Positions 1 through 8,237 of a DNA stretch of 52,094 nucleotides are shown in pieces. Below the pieces are notes generated by a model, which saw nothing but the letters and a program-made list of their open reading frames with translations, was not told the origin of the DNA and did no database searches. Source of the DNA: a virus (Duplodnaviria > Caudoviricetes); IMG/VR virus record IMGVR_UViG_3300042923_000131, positions 1-52,094 of that record; one strand, 5' to 3'. Positions within the stretch are counted from its first letter, which is position 1. Each line of letters starts with the position of its first letter. The position numbers were made by a program, and so were the translations under genes.

Positions 1-207
1 AAAGCGTAATGGATTTACTAGGAGCTCTACCAGAGTACAATACAATGAACAAATTGAATAGTGCATTGAAAGAGGGAGTAGAAGAATCAGATTCAGAAGA
101 TGAAGCAGACGAAACTCCAAAAGAAACTAAGAAAGAGCAAAAAGTCAAAGCAAAAGATTCCGATGATGAATCAGTTGATATCGAAAGTATGACAGCGAAA
201 GCTATGT
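1..207. repeat. Terminal direct repeat / assembly overlap, copy 1 (matches 51888..52094)
   Basis: Identical to the last 207 nt except at positions 53 and 80 (A here, G at 51940 and 51967); implies a circular or circularly permuted genome of about 51,887 bp. Confidence 0.95.
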
Positions 208-590
208 ATGAGTTTGGAAAAAGTAAAGGTGTTAAATTCACTTCTACAAAGAAAGCTGATATGATCGCTAAGCTACAAGAAGAAGGTTTTGGAACAGATG
301 CAAAACCAGCTAAGAAAGCTAAAAAAGAAGAAGTGGAAGAGGATGAAGCTGATGTTGATTACTCTGAAATGACTACAAAAGAATTATATCTGTTATGTAA
401 GAAAAACGGAATCAAAGTAGAACAAAAGAAGCCAGCTAAATATTACATCACAAAGTTAGAAGCAGCTGCAGAACCAGAAGAAGATGAAGAATGGGATGAA
501 GAAGAAGCTGATGAAGCTCCTAAAGCATCTAAGAAAGCAAAAACAAAAGCAAAAGAAGAACCAGAAGATGACGATGAATGGGATATCTAA
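9..590 (+). CDS. 3' part of an acidic/Lys-rich protein with two SAP/HeH/Rho-N-like helical repeats (full gene starts at 51758 across the junction, ~239 aa)
   Basis: In frame with ATG 51758 through the overlap; repeats ESMTAKAMYEFGKSKGV..KKADMIAKL and SEMTTKELYLLCKKNGI..KPAKYYITKL; ends DDDEWDI. Confidence 0.75.
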   Translation: MDLLGALPEYNTMNKLNSALKEGVEESDSEDEADETPKETKKEQKVKAKDSDDESVDIESMTAKAMYEFGKSKGVKFTSTKKADMIAKLQEEGFGTDAKPAKKAKKEEVEEDEADVDYSEMTTKELYLLCKKNGIKVEQKKPAKYYITKLEAAAEPEEDEEWDEEEADEAPKASKKAKTKAKEEPEDDDEWDI

Positions 591-607
591 TCTCATAAAA
601 TAACAAT

Positions 608-645
608 ATAGCCTCTGCCGCATAAAGCATCAGAGGCTATTTTTT
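608..645 (+). terminator. Rho-independent terminator
   Basis: ATAGCCTCTG...CAGAGGCTAT stem followed by a T run. Confidence 0.8.
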
Positions 646-656
646 AGAAAGAGGAG

Positions 657-1049
657 TTGAGTAAGATAAAAACAGAAGATATATTAATGCTAGACTATAG
701 GATGGAAAAGAACAAAGAAATTATAACCAAATGTCTTTACAAGATAAAACCATTTGATAAGTTTAAAGGCAAAGAGATTCCTCAAGAACTTTTAGAAAAG
801 TATATTAATAAGTTCATCCAAAAGTTTGCAGTAAGAATACAATGGATAAATCATTCTTGCTTTATAGGCGAAGTTACATATTGGACTTTAAGCCTTAAGA
901 CAGATACTAATCACGAATGGTTAGGCTCAGTACATGGGTATTTGATGTATGAAGTTATTGCTAAAACAGTAATAAAATTATTCAGTATGGCTAAGTCAGA
1001 TGATAGAGTAAATGAAAGAGTAGAAAAGGAAGAAGATGATGATAAATAA
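657..1049 (+). CDS. Hypothetical protein
   Basis: 130-aa ORF overlapping the next gene. Confidence 0.6.
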   Translation: MSKIKTEDILMLDYRMEKNKEIITKCLYKIKPFDKFKGKEIPQELLEKYINKFIQKFAVRIQWINHSCFIGEVTYWTLSLKTDTNHEWLGSVHGYLMYEVIAKTVIKLFSMAKSDDRVNERVEKEEDDDK

Positions 1050-1503
1050 AATAAGGATATTTACAGATGGAGCCTGTAGTTGTAATCCAGGCCCAGGGGG
1101 ATGGGGAGCTGTACTATTATTACCAGAAAGAAGAATTACGATAATAGGATATGCTACTCATACAACTAATAACAGAATGGAACTTTTAGCAGTTATAAAA
1201 GCTTTAAAGAAAGCAGATAGTTTAGGATTTGAAGAAGTAGAGATTTTCTCAGATAGTGCTTATGTTGTAGATGCAGTTAATAAAAAATGGTTAGATAACT
1301 GGAAAAAAAATAAATGGAAAACATCAAAATTGGAAGATGTTAAAAATAAAGACTTGTGGATACGCTTAGATGAATTGTTATCAGACACAAGCAAGACTAT
1401 AAGTATATTGAAAGTAAAAGGACACTCTGGAAATACATTCAATGATTTAGCAGACGCGGCAGCAACTAAAGGAGTTCAACAGGCTAAATTAATGAGTAAA
1501 TAA
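1036..1503 (+). CDS. rnhA: Ribonuclease HI
   Basis: FTDGACSCNPGPGGWG, TTNNRMEL, SDSAYV, VKNKDLW, KVKGHSG..NDLAD. Confidence 0.95.
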   Translation: MMINKIRIFTDGACSCNPGPGGWGAVLLLPERRITIIGYATHTTNNRMELLAVIKALKKADSLGFEEVEIFSDSAYVVDAVNKKWLDNWKKNKWKTSKLEDVKNKDLWIRLDELLSDTSKTISILKVKGHSGNTFNDLADAAATKGVQQAKLMSK

Positions 1504-1559
1504 ATTTGAAAATAATATTGTATAACCTACAATGTAGTATACTTTATTATATATAAGCA

Positions 1560-1950
1560 GTTCTTATAACATTCCCTCAAGTGTTATAATGACTCAGTAC
1601 CAAAATACATATAGAAAGAGAGGTGAAAATTCTCTTCTTTATGGTTTAATCAAAAGGTAACATCAGAGCAGCAAGTAACAGCGATCAAAAACAGGAACAA
1701 AAAATATACTATAAAAGGAAGTGCTAAACTTCTTAGTATGTTGTTGGGCAAAGAGGTTAATCCTGTTCCTCAATAAAATAGGCAAACAAAAAAAATATAG
1801 AATTGAAAGGATGTGAAAATCTCCTTTGTTTAGATATTAATAATGTGTTCACTGCACAGAAAATACTTTTCAACAGTTTGGTCAACTGCTGGTAAAAAAG
1901 ATTAGTCAATATTTAGTTAAAGAGGGTTAAGCCTATCCCTCTTATTTTTA
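1560..1950 (+). ncRNA. Candidate structured non-coding RNA with three similar hairpins
   Basis: ORF-free interval (1504-1969) with stems at 1564-1589, 1616-1636, 1705-1740, 1806-1827, a long-range pair 1690-1696/1761-1767 and a terminator-like stem at 1920-1950. Confidence 0.5.
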
Positions 1951-1969
1951 TAAAAGGAGAACATAGCAA

Positions 1970-2365
1970 ATGAGAAAATTATTTGATAGTATAAAAGAAT
2001 TAATAGTAGAAATAGCTTATGGAATAATTTATGTAATTGAATATAATGTGTATAATGCAGCGATATTATTGCAAGTGTTAATACCTTATATAATGCTATA
2101 TATAGGAATAGAATTATTCAAAGTAAGAGGTAGTTTTCAAATTGGTGGAGAAATATTAATTCCATTCTTTTTAATGTTTATATCAGAAATTTTAAAGAAG
2201 TATGCTAACAAAAATGGTAATGGCTACTCAGTTCCTATTCCTTATAAAAGATTCACTGAGGAAAATGAAGATGGAGAAGTAACGATTAAGCAAGAAGAGA
2301 TTCAAGAAGTAATCTTATATTTGAGTGATGTGGAGAAATATTTAATTAAGAAAGGAAGGTTGTAA
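1970..2365 (+). CDS. Hypothetical membrane protein
   Basis: SD AAGGAG; hydrophobic segments AAILLQVLIPYIMLYIGI and GGEILIPFFLMFI. Confidence 0.7.
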   Translation: MRKLFDSIKELIVEIAYGIIYVIEYNVYNAAILLQVLIPYIMLYIGIELFKVRGSFQIGGEILIPFFLMFISEILKKYANKNGNGYSVPIPYKRFTEENEDGEVTIKQEEIQEVILYLSDVEKYLIKKGRL

Positions 2366-2637
2366 TGGAGTTAGATTATTTAGAAGATTTAAAGAAAAGC
2401 AGAAAGATAGGAGATTATTCTAAACACTTCATGTTTGATAGATTTACAAAAACAGAAGATAAAGCTAAATTTTCTACGATAGGATTTGATGAACTAAAAA
2501 CAAATGCAGAGTTAAAAACAATATCAGAGCAAAATAATCAGCAGCTAGAATTATATCAAGAAATATTAAAATGTAAAAATGAAGGAGTACCATGTAGTTA
2601 CGGTATATGTAGTGAATGTGAAGAACGACAGGAATGA
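2365..2637 (+). CDS. Hypothetical protein with C-terminal Cys cluster
   Basis: Coupled TAATG start; C..PCSYGICSEC. Confidence 0.65.
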   Translation: MELDYLEDLKKSRKIGDYSKHFMFDRFTKTEDKAKFSTIGFDELKTNAELKTISEQNNQQLELYQEILKCKNEGVPCSYGICSECEERQE

Positions 2638-2766
2638 CGAGAATATCATATAAGAAGATTTAAGACGTTAACTAATACTAATATATACCTTAGTTTAATT
2701 AAATGTCTTAAAACAGCAATACGAGATAGCTATTCTGAGTATTTATAGAAAAAGGAGTGATATAAT

Positions 2767-2931
2767 TTGAAAAGTTGTGGGTTTGATTATGAATGTAGAG
2801 TTCATCCTGATGTTGGTAGTATATGCTGCTCAGATTGTAAATATAAAAAAGATTGTAAAGCTTATGAAATATGTAGTTGTTTAAATAGTGATAATGTATG
2901 TGAAGAAGGAAAACAAATGCTATTAAATTAA
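2767..2931 (+). CDS. Small Cys-rich protein (54 aa, 9 Cys), not in the ORF track
   Basis: SD AAGGAGTGA, TTG start, MKSCGFDYECRVHPDVGSICCSDCKYKKDCKAYEICSCLNSDNVCEEGKQMLLN. Confidence 0.65.
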   Translation: MKSCGFDYECRVHPDVGSICCSDCKYKKDCKAYEICSCLNSDNVCEEGKQMLLN

Positions 2932-2939
2932 TAAATAAC

Positions 2940-2968
2940 TGTACAAAGCGAGCTTTATATGATAGAAT
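2940..2968 (+). promoter_or_regulatory. Sigma-A-type early promoter
   Basis: TGTACA-N17-TAGAAT with TG extended -10. Confidence 0.75.
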
Positions 2969-3016
2969 GTTATTAAGAAGTTAAATAAAACAAAAAAATA
3001 AAAAGGGAGTGTTAAA

Positions 3017-3358
3017 ATGACAAATCAAGAGTATTTGGAGGAACAGCTAAGTTTAGCAAAGGAAGCTTTAGAAGGAATAATAATTGATAACAAAATAAGA
3101 GAAGTGGTTTATAAGGTAGATAAGGATAATTATGAATCATTGATAGCATCGATTGAAACTCAGCTACAAAGTCAAGCAGAATTAATGAGTAAAGAAGAAA
3201 AAACAATTACAGATATAAGTGATGAAAAGGAAGTGCATAAGAAAAAGCTTAAAAGAACTCCAAGAAAGAAAATAGTTGGTGCTGCTAGAGATTGGCCAGA
3301 TGATTGTGATTGCCGTATACATTCAAGAGATACTTGTAATTTAGAATGTGAGGATTAA
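3017..3358 (+). CDS. Hypothetical protein
   Basis: SD AGGGAG after promoter; C-terminal CDCRIH..C..EC. Confidence 0.7.
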   Translation: MTNQEYLEEQLSLAKEALEGIIIDNKIREVVYKVDKDNYESLIASIETQLQSQAELMSKEEKTITDISDEKEVHKKKLKRTPRKKIVGAARDWPDDCDCRIHSRDTCNLECED

Positions 3359-3360
3359 CG

Positions 3361-3606
3361 ATGAAAAGAGAAAAAGTAATTAAAGCTTTATTGAATAAGT
3401 TTGATATGATGCAAGTTTATTATATTGAGCTAACTCTAAAGAATGGTTTTAAAGTATTTCTCAGAAGAAAAGAAGAAAACTTTGGTTGGGCTTATTCTTT
3501 ATATGACAAAATTACAAGAGCACCAATAAATGAAAATACATCAATAGAAAGCATAGCTGATACACTAATAGAATTAGTTAAGCAAAAATTGGAGGTAGCA
3601 AAATGA
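3361..3606 (+). CDS. Hypothetical protein
   Basis: SD GAGG, operon context. Confidence 0.65.
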   Translation: MKREKVIKALLNKFDMMQVYYIELTLKNGFKVFLRRKEENFGWAYSLYDKITRAPINENTSIESIADTLIELVKQKLEVAK

Positions 3607-3794
3607 TAGTAAAGAAAACAGGGATGGAAAATATGCCAAGCAATTGTTTAGATTGTACAGATGTATTTTGTAATCTACCGTTAAAGAAAGGTTATAATAA
3701 CAACGATGTAATTTTAAAAAGATACACAAAGAAAAGACATGAAAATTGTAGCTTAATAGATATTAAGGAAGATAAGATAGACCCTAGAGATTAA
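3603..3794 (+). CDS. Small Zn-binding protein (paralog of the C-terminal half of 49207..49593)
   Basis: SD GGAGG; MPSNCLDC..C...RHENCSL. Confidence 0.65.
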   Translation: MIVKKTGMENMPSNCLDCTDVFCNLPLKKGYNNNDVILKRYTKKRHENCSLIDIKEDKIDPRD

Positions 3795-3833
3795 ATAAAA
3801 GCAGATAAAAAAGCAATAATTTTGATTAAACTA

Positions 3834-3862
3834 TGTACAAAAACATCATTATGTGATAGAAT
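3834..3862 (+). promoter_or_regulatory. Sigma-A-type early promoter
   Basis: TGTACA-N17-TAGAAT, TG extension; leader CACTTAGGAGAGT. Confidence 0.75.
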
Positions 3863-3903
3863 GAGTATATAGAAATACAAAATAAACACTTAGGAGAGTA
3901 GAT

Positions 3904-4119
3904 ATGAAAGCGATAATAAAAGTAAAAGAAATTGGAGCTCATGGAGAAATTCATGCAGAAGATGGAAGTGAGTTTATCTGTAACTACGATGTAAATGGAG
4001 ATATTGGCTTAGGAGTTCTTGAATCAGTAACAAGTGAAGAGAAAGCTACAATAGTAGATATAACTTATGATATATTTGGAAACGGAGAAGTTACAGAATT
4101 TGAGGTGAGAGAGATATGA
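3904..4119 (+). CDS. Small acidic hypothetical protein
   Basis: SD AGGAG, directly after promoter. Confidence 0.7.
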   Translation: MKAIIKVKEIGAHGEIHAEDGSEFICNYDVNGDIGLGVLESVTSEEKATIVDITYDIFGNGEVTEFEVREI

Positions 4120-4544
4120 AGACAAGCTATTTTGCAAGATTAAACAGTAATAATTTTAAAGGTAGAGATTTGAATGGAGTTAGTGTCGCTAGAAGTAGTA
4201 GATATTGGAGCGGAAGAAAATATCCACCTTTATTCCCTACATGGGAAATGATTAAAATAGAAAATCAACAAGAATATGAAGAAGTTTATAGAAACCAAAT
4301 ATTAGACCAATTAGACCCTCTAAAGGTATATAATGATTTAGGAGAAGATGCGATATTATTATGTCATGAGAGTGAAGCTAAAATCAATAGTGGAGAAGAG
4401 TTTTGCCACAGACATATGATTGCTAATTGGTTGGAAGAAGAGTTGTTAAAGCAGTACAATATAGATATAGTGATACCAGAGCTATTAGATGATAAAGCAG
4501 ATTTAAAGAAGATATTGAAGCAAACTAAGATGAAAATAAAATAA
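4116..4544 (+). CDS. DUF488-family protein
   Basis: MKTSYFA start, L.PTWEM, LLCHE...FCHRH.IA.WL motif. Confidence 0.7.
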   Translation: MKTSYFARLNSNNFKGRDLNGVSVARSSRYWSGRKYPPLFPTWEMIKIENQQEYEEVYRNQILDQLDPLKVYNDLGEDAILLCHESEAKINSGEEFCHRHMIANWLEEELLKQYNIDIVIPELLDDKADLKKILKQTKMKIK

Positions 4545-4578
4545 AAGAGAGGCAGTTTATCTGCCTTCTTATAAAAGG

Positions 4579-4956
4579 ATGATACTAATGAAAATAAAAA
4601 ATAAGGTAATTGCAATATTAATAACAATTACAATGTCAAGCACAATAACGTATGCAGCTACAAATAACTATTACTCAGAATTATTGAGTGGTCAAGAAGA
4701 CCAAATAAAAACAGATATATTAAATTTATATAATGAAAAAGAACAAGAAGCAGGGAAAAGAAATCACAATGATTTAGTTCTTAAAGTGGAAAATGAAAAA
4801 CAGGAAATAGTATCTGAAATGAATAAATATTTAGAAGATAGAATAAGAGAAGAAGCTAATATAAGGTTAAATGATAGCACAAAAGAAATCGAAGCTAAGT
4901 CAGAAGAAATGAAGATAAGTACAAAAGCTTACATTGATAGCCTATTTGATAATTAA
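4579..4956 (+). CDS. Putative secreted coiled-coil protein
   Basis: Sec-type signal MKIKNKVIAILITITMSSTITYA-A followed by a helical, charged body. Confidence 0.6.
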   Translation: MILMKIKNKVIAILITITMSSTITYAATNNYYSELLSGQEDQIKTDILNLYNEKEQEAGKRNHNDLVLKVENEKQEIVSEMNKYLEDRIREEANIRLNDSTKEIEAKSEEMKISTKAYIDSLFDN

Positions 4957-4970
4957 GAAAGAGGTGCAAA

Positions 4971-6320
4971 ATGTTTCAAGGAAGTATACCGGCTAGTGGA
5001 TTAAAGGTAATGGCAAATGTTATAAAAGATTGGAAATGTGAAAAGATTTATGTAGGTTGTTCAGGTAATTTTACAGTAGAAAGATGCATAAGCAAATTTT
5101 TTGAAGGAACTATATTAAGCAATGATGTAACAATATATAGTGCAAACTTAGGTAAGTATTTCGCAGGAGAAGAATTAGTAGATTTTGAAGTGCGAGAAGA
5201 CTATGAAGGTTACTGCCAATATTTCAGAGATTATATGAATACTAATACAGAGAAGATGGCTACAATGATATTGGCTACAGATATATTACCTTATGAAAAA
5301 AAGAATATTCCTTATTTTAAAAGGATGTTAAAAGCGTATGAAGAACAATGGCCTGAAATGCACAAGACTATGTGTATAAAATTAGAAAATATAGAGACGA
5401 AGATAGAGAACTTTTATTATGGTGATGTAATGAATATGCTAGATGAAATAGATGAAGATACAGGTTTTGTAAGCTTCCCACCATTCTTTAAAGGTGGATA
5501 TGAAAAAATGTGGAAAGACTTAGAAACAACTTTTACGTATGAACCTCCAAGTTATGTAGAGTTTGACCCAGATAAGCATATTGCTATATTTTGTGAGAAA
5601 GTTAAAAAAGCTAAAAACTTTATTATAGGGACAGAGAGAATAGTACCAGAGTTACAAGAGTTCTATTCAGGAATGGCTTTAACAGCTAAGAATAAACCTA
5701 TATACTTTTACTCAAGAACAGATAAGCGAGTATTTATAAGACCTCTAACTAAGCACTCTTTACTAAAAGTAGAAAGAATAAAGAAAAATGATAAGATAAA
5801 TAATGTAGAGATAAAGAAATTAAGTCATGAACAATTTGATGAACTTAGAGCAGTTTATTTGAGTAAGATGATTACACCAGCTAGAGAATCAGCTGCGTTT
5901 GGATTATTTACAGATAATAAACTTTTTGGAGTATTTGCATTTAGTACATCAATGACTTTAGTTAATAGCTTTGAGAATATGATATCAGGACCAACTATAT
6001 ATTTGATGACAGATTTCGCTATAAGTCCAACAAGTGAAACTCATCTGAGCAAATTAGTTCTGAATTGTATATTAAGTAAAGAAGTAAAACAGATAGCTGA
6101 GAATTTAATGAATAAAAGAGTAAGGTCTGTATGTACTAATGCATTTAGTAAGAATCCAATCTCTATGAAATATAGAAGTGTTTTCGAGCAATTAAATCGT
6201 AGAGAAATGGACGTAGATAAAGCAACTGGAAAGGTTACGAAATATAATCTTACTTATGGAGCATTGATGGGTCAATGGACTCTGCAGGAGGGGTATGAAA
6301 AATGGAAACAAAAATCATAA
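4971..6320 (+). CDS. Adenine-MTase-like (Dam/D12-type fold, degenerate motif IV) domain fused to a C-terminal GNAT/Mom-like domain; putative DNA modification protein
   Basis: YVGCSGNFT (motif I-like), SNDV, YYGD, FVSFPPFF (DPPY position); C-terminal FGLFTDNKLFGVFAFS...YLMTDF...LSKLVL. Confidence 0.55.
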   Translation: MFQGSIPASGLKVMANVIKDWKCEKIYVGCSGNFTVERCISKFFEGTILSNDVTIYSANLGKYFAGEELVDFEVREDYEGYCQYFRDYMNTNTEKMATMILATDILPYEKKNIPYFKRMLKAYEEQWPEMHKTMCIKLENIETKIENFYYGDVMNMLDEIDEDTGFVSFPPFFKGGYEKMWKDLETTFTYEPPSYVEFDPDKHIAIFCEKVKKAKNFIIGTERIVPELQEFYSGMALTAKNKPIYFYSRTDKRVFIRPLTKHSLLKVERIKKNDKINNVEIKKLSHEQFDELRAVYLSKMITPARESAAFGLFTDNKLFGVFAFSTSMTLVNSFENMISGPTIYLMTDFAISPTSETHLSKLVLNCILSKEVKQIAENLMNKRVRSVCTNAFSKNPISMKYRSVFEQLNRREMDVDKATGKVTKYNLTYGALMGQWTLQEGYEKWKQKS

Positions 6321-7225
6321 GAATAAATCCGAGAGAGATTAAACTCTTAGAAGTAAATGCAAGATATATGAAAGCAGCTGAATATCAGCAATTAGTGCAA
6401 AATATTAAAAATGATGGTAAGCTTACATCAGTTCCGTTTTGCTGTTTAGATGAAAATTGGGATTGGGAAGTATTATCAGGAAATCATAGAGTACAAGCTG
6501 CTATAGAGGCAGGATTACAAGAAATAGATATTATGTGTACAGAAGAAGAGCTGACTCAGAATCAAAAATTAGGGATTCAAATTAGTCATAACAGTATAAC
6601 TGGTCAAGATGATTTAGCCATACTAAAACAGCTATATGAGAGTATAGATGATATAGCCTATAAGAGTTATTCTGGATTAGATGATGATACTCTGCAGCTT
6701 TTAGATAAAGTAGGAAATCAATCTATGTCAGCAATAGGTTTAGAATATCAGGTTATGAATATGGTTATTCTACCTACAGAGCTTAATATGGTACGTAAAA
6801 TAATGGACAAGGTTAAAGAAGAAGTAAAAAAGAATAAAGCATTAACTCTGAGGTATTCTGAGTACGACAAATATTTAGATACACTAGAAGATGTAGGTAG
6901 TGCTACGGGAATAAAGAACACTGCGACTGCTTTTTTAATGATGCTAGATATTGTAGATAATCATATGGATGAGTTAAAAGACGTATGGATTGAGGAAGAA
7001 GGAAATGATAAAGTATGGATTCCGATAAGCACATTAACAGGAAGACCTAAAGTTAGAGCTGTTGATGGCAGAGTAATAGATAAAGCAATTCAAAAGCTTA
7101 TTGATAAAGGAGAAGTCAAAAAGAATAAGAAAGAAGAAGCTTTAGCAATATTAGCACAAAAGTATTTGGATAATGAAAAGAGTGAGAAGAAAAATAATAA
7201 GAAAAATAAAGATAAAAAAAGCTAA
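6302..7225 (+). CDS. ParB/Sulfiredoxin-like N-terminal domain protein
   Basis: NARYM...LVQNIKNDG..VP...VLSGNHRVQAA; overlaps the upstream gene. Confidence 0.8.
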   Translation: METKIIRINPREIKLLEVNARYMKAAEYQQLVQNIKNDGKLTSVPFCCLDENWDWEVLSGNHRVQAAIEAGLQEIDIMCTEEELTQNQKLGIQISHNSITGQDDLAILKQLYESIDDIAYKSYSGLDDDTLQLLDKVGNQSMSAIGLEYQVMNMVILPTELNMVRKIMDKVKEEVKKNKALTLRYSEYDKYLDTLEDVGSATGIKNTATAFLMMLDIVDNHMDELKDVWIEEEGNDKVWIPISTLTGRPKVRAVDGRVIDKAIQKLIDKGEVKKNKKEEALAILAQKYLDNEKSEKKNNKKNKDKKS

Positions 7226-7231
7226 TAATAC

Positions 7232-7260
7232 TTGACATAAGCTCACTTAAATGATAGAAT
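7232..7260 (+). promoter_or_regulatory. Sigma-A-type early promoter
   Basis: TTGACA-N17-TAGAAT, TG extension. Confidence 0.8.
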
Positions 7261-7313
7261 AAAGATAACAACAAGAACAAAAATAAAATATATCGCTTAG
7301 GAGAGTGGAGAAA

Positions 7314-7505
7314 ATGCAAAAGAAAATTTATCAAGATTACAGCAAAGATTTATACAAAATGGTAAAAAGAAGTCTTAAGACAGTAAGTGAAGCAATTGAC
7401 AATTATACAGGATATTTAAGAGCTTTAGTTGATTTGAATTTAATAGATAAAGAAGAGAAAAGCAAAGAGCTAGAAAAGTTTGTAGAGAAGTTATTTTGGA
7501 TTTAA
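7314..7505 (+). CDS. Hypothetical protein
   Basis: ATG 7314 is better placed to SD AGGAG/GGAG than the track's GTG 7305. Confidence 0.65.
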   Translation: MQKKIYQDYSKDLYKMVKRSLKTVSEAIDNYTGYLRALVDLNLIDKEEKSKELEKFVEKLFWI

Positions 7506-7510
7506 CATTA

Positions 7511-7533
7511 AGAGCCTTCGGGCTCTATCTTTA
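7511..7533 (+). terminator. Terminator-like hairpin
   Basis: AGAGCC-TTCG-GGCTCT followed by ATCTTT. Confidence 0.6.
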
Positions 7534-7547
7534 TAAGAGGTGATAAT

Positions 7548-7841
7548 ATGAATGAAGAAGTTTATAAGTATTTAACCAACTTAGGAATTGACGCAGATAG
7601 ATTTGATGAGTTTATAAAAGCGATATGTAAAATAACAAAGAATCTTTATGATACCGTATCTAATATATGGAATGAGATTAAGAAGTTTTTAAGCTTAAGT
7701 GAAGCAGATAATATGGATAGCTTATTAGATAACAGAATGATATTTAAACCAGTGTTTACTAAGAACGAAAAGTATTTAGCTTATATTTATAACAATAAAA
7801 TAAGTAAAAAAATATTAATTAATTGTAGAAATAATATATAA
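7548..7841 (+). CDS. Hypothetical protein
   Basis: SD GAGGTGA. Confidence 0.65.
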   Translation: MNEEVYKYLTNLGIDADRFDEFIKAICKITKNLYDTVSNIWNEIKKFLSLSEADNMDSLLDNRMIFKPVFTKNEKYLAYIYNNKISKKILINCRNNI

Positions 7842-7846
7842 AATAG

Positions 7847-7875
7847 TTGACTTAAAGTACATAAAGTGATATAAT
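7847..7875 (+). promoter_or_regulatory. Sigma-A-type early promoter
   Basis: TTGACT-N17-TATAAT, TG extension. Confidence 0.8.
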
Positions 7876-7923
7876 GAATGTAAGAAGAAAAACAAATATA
7901 AACACTCAGAGGAGAGATTGAAT

Positions 7924-8202
7924 ATGAAAATAACAGCGAAGAATAAAGAAGTTATGTTTACAGAAAAATACTTAGAGGAAAATACTTATGAGTATAACGT
8001 AATTAATGTTAAACCTACAAACAAAGCAGTAATTTTGCAAGCAGATTGTGAAGAGTGTTCACCAGTAGGAAAAATAACAAAATTTAATTTAATTGTAATC
8101 GAGAAAGATAATATATTGTATTTAGTAAATCAAGATTTTACAACTTGTGCCAGCTATAATTTATTAACAGATGAATATAAAAACTTATTTAACGAAATAT
8201 AA
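7924..8202 (+). CDS. Hypothetical protein
   Basis: SD GAGGAG; ATG 7924. Confidence 0.65.
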   Translation: MKITAKNKEVMFTEKYLEENTYEYNVINVKPTNKAVILQADCEECSPVGKITKFNLIVIEKDNILYLVNQDFTTCASYNLLTDEYKNLFNEI

Positions 8203-8237
8203 AACAAAACATATGAGGGAGAAATCCCTCAACATAT

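Noticed and set aside
1506-1550. Promoter for the candidate ncRNA
   Set aside because: Only imperfect options (TTGAAA-N16-TACAAT, TTGTAT-N14-TATACT) that do not match the 12-member promoter family; not called
1600-1830. CRISPR mini-array or RNA anti-CRISPR (ATTGAAAG at ~1802 resembles a repeat 3' handle)
   Set aside because: Units are too divergent and too widely spaced, only one has the handle, and there are no cas genes
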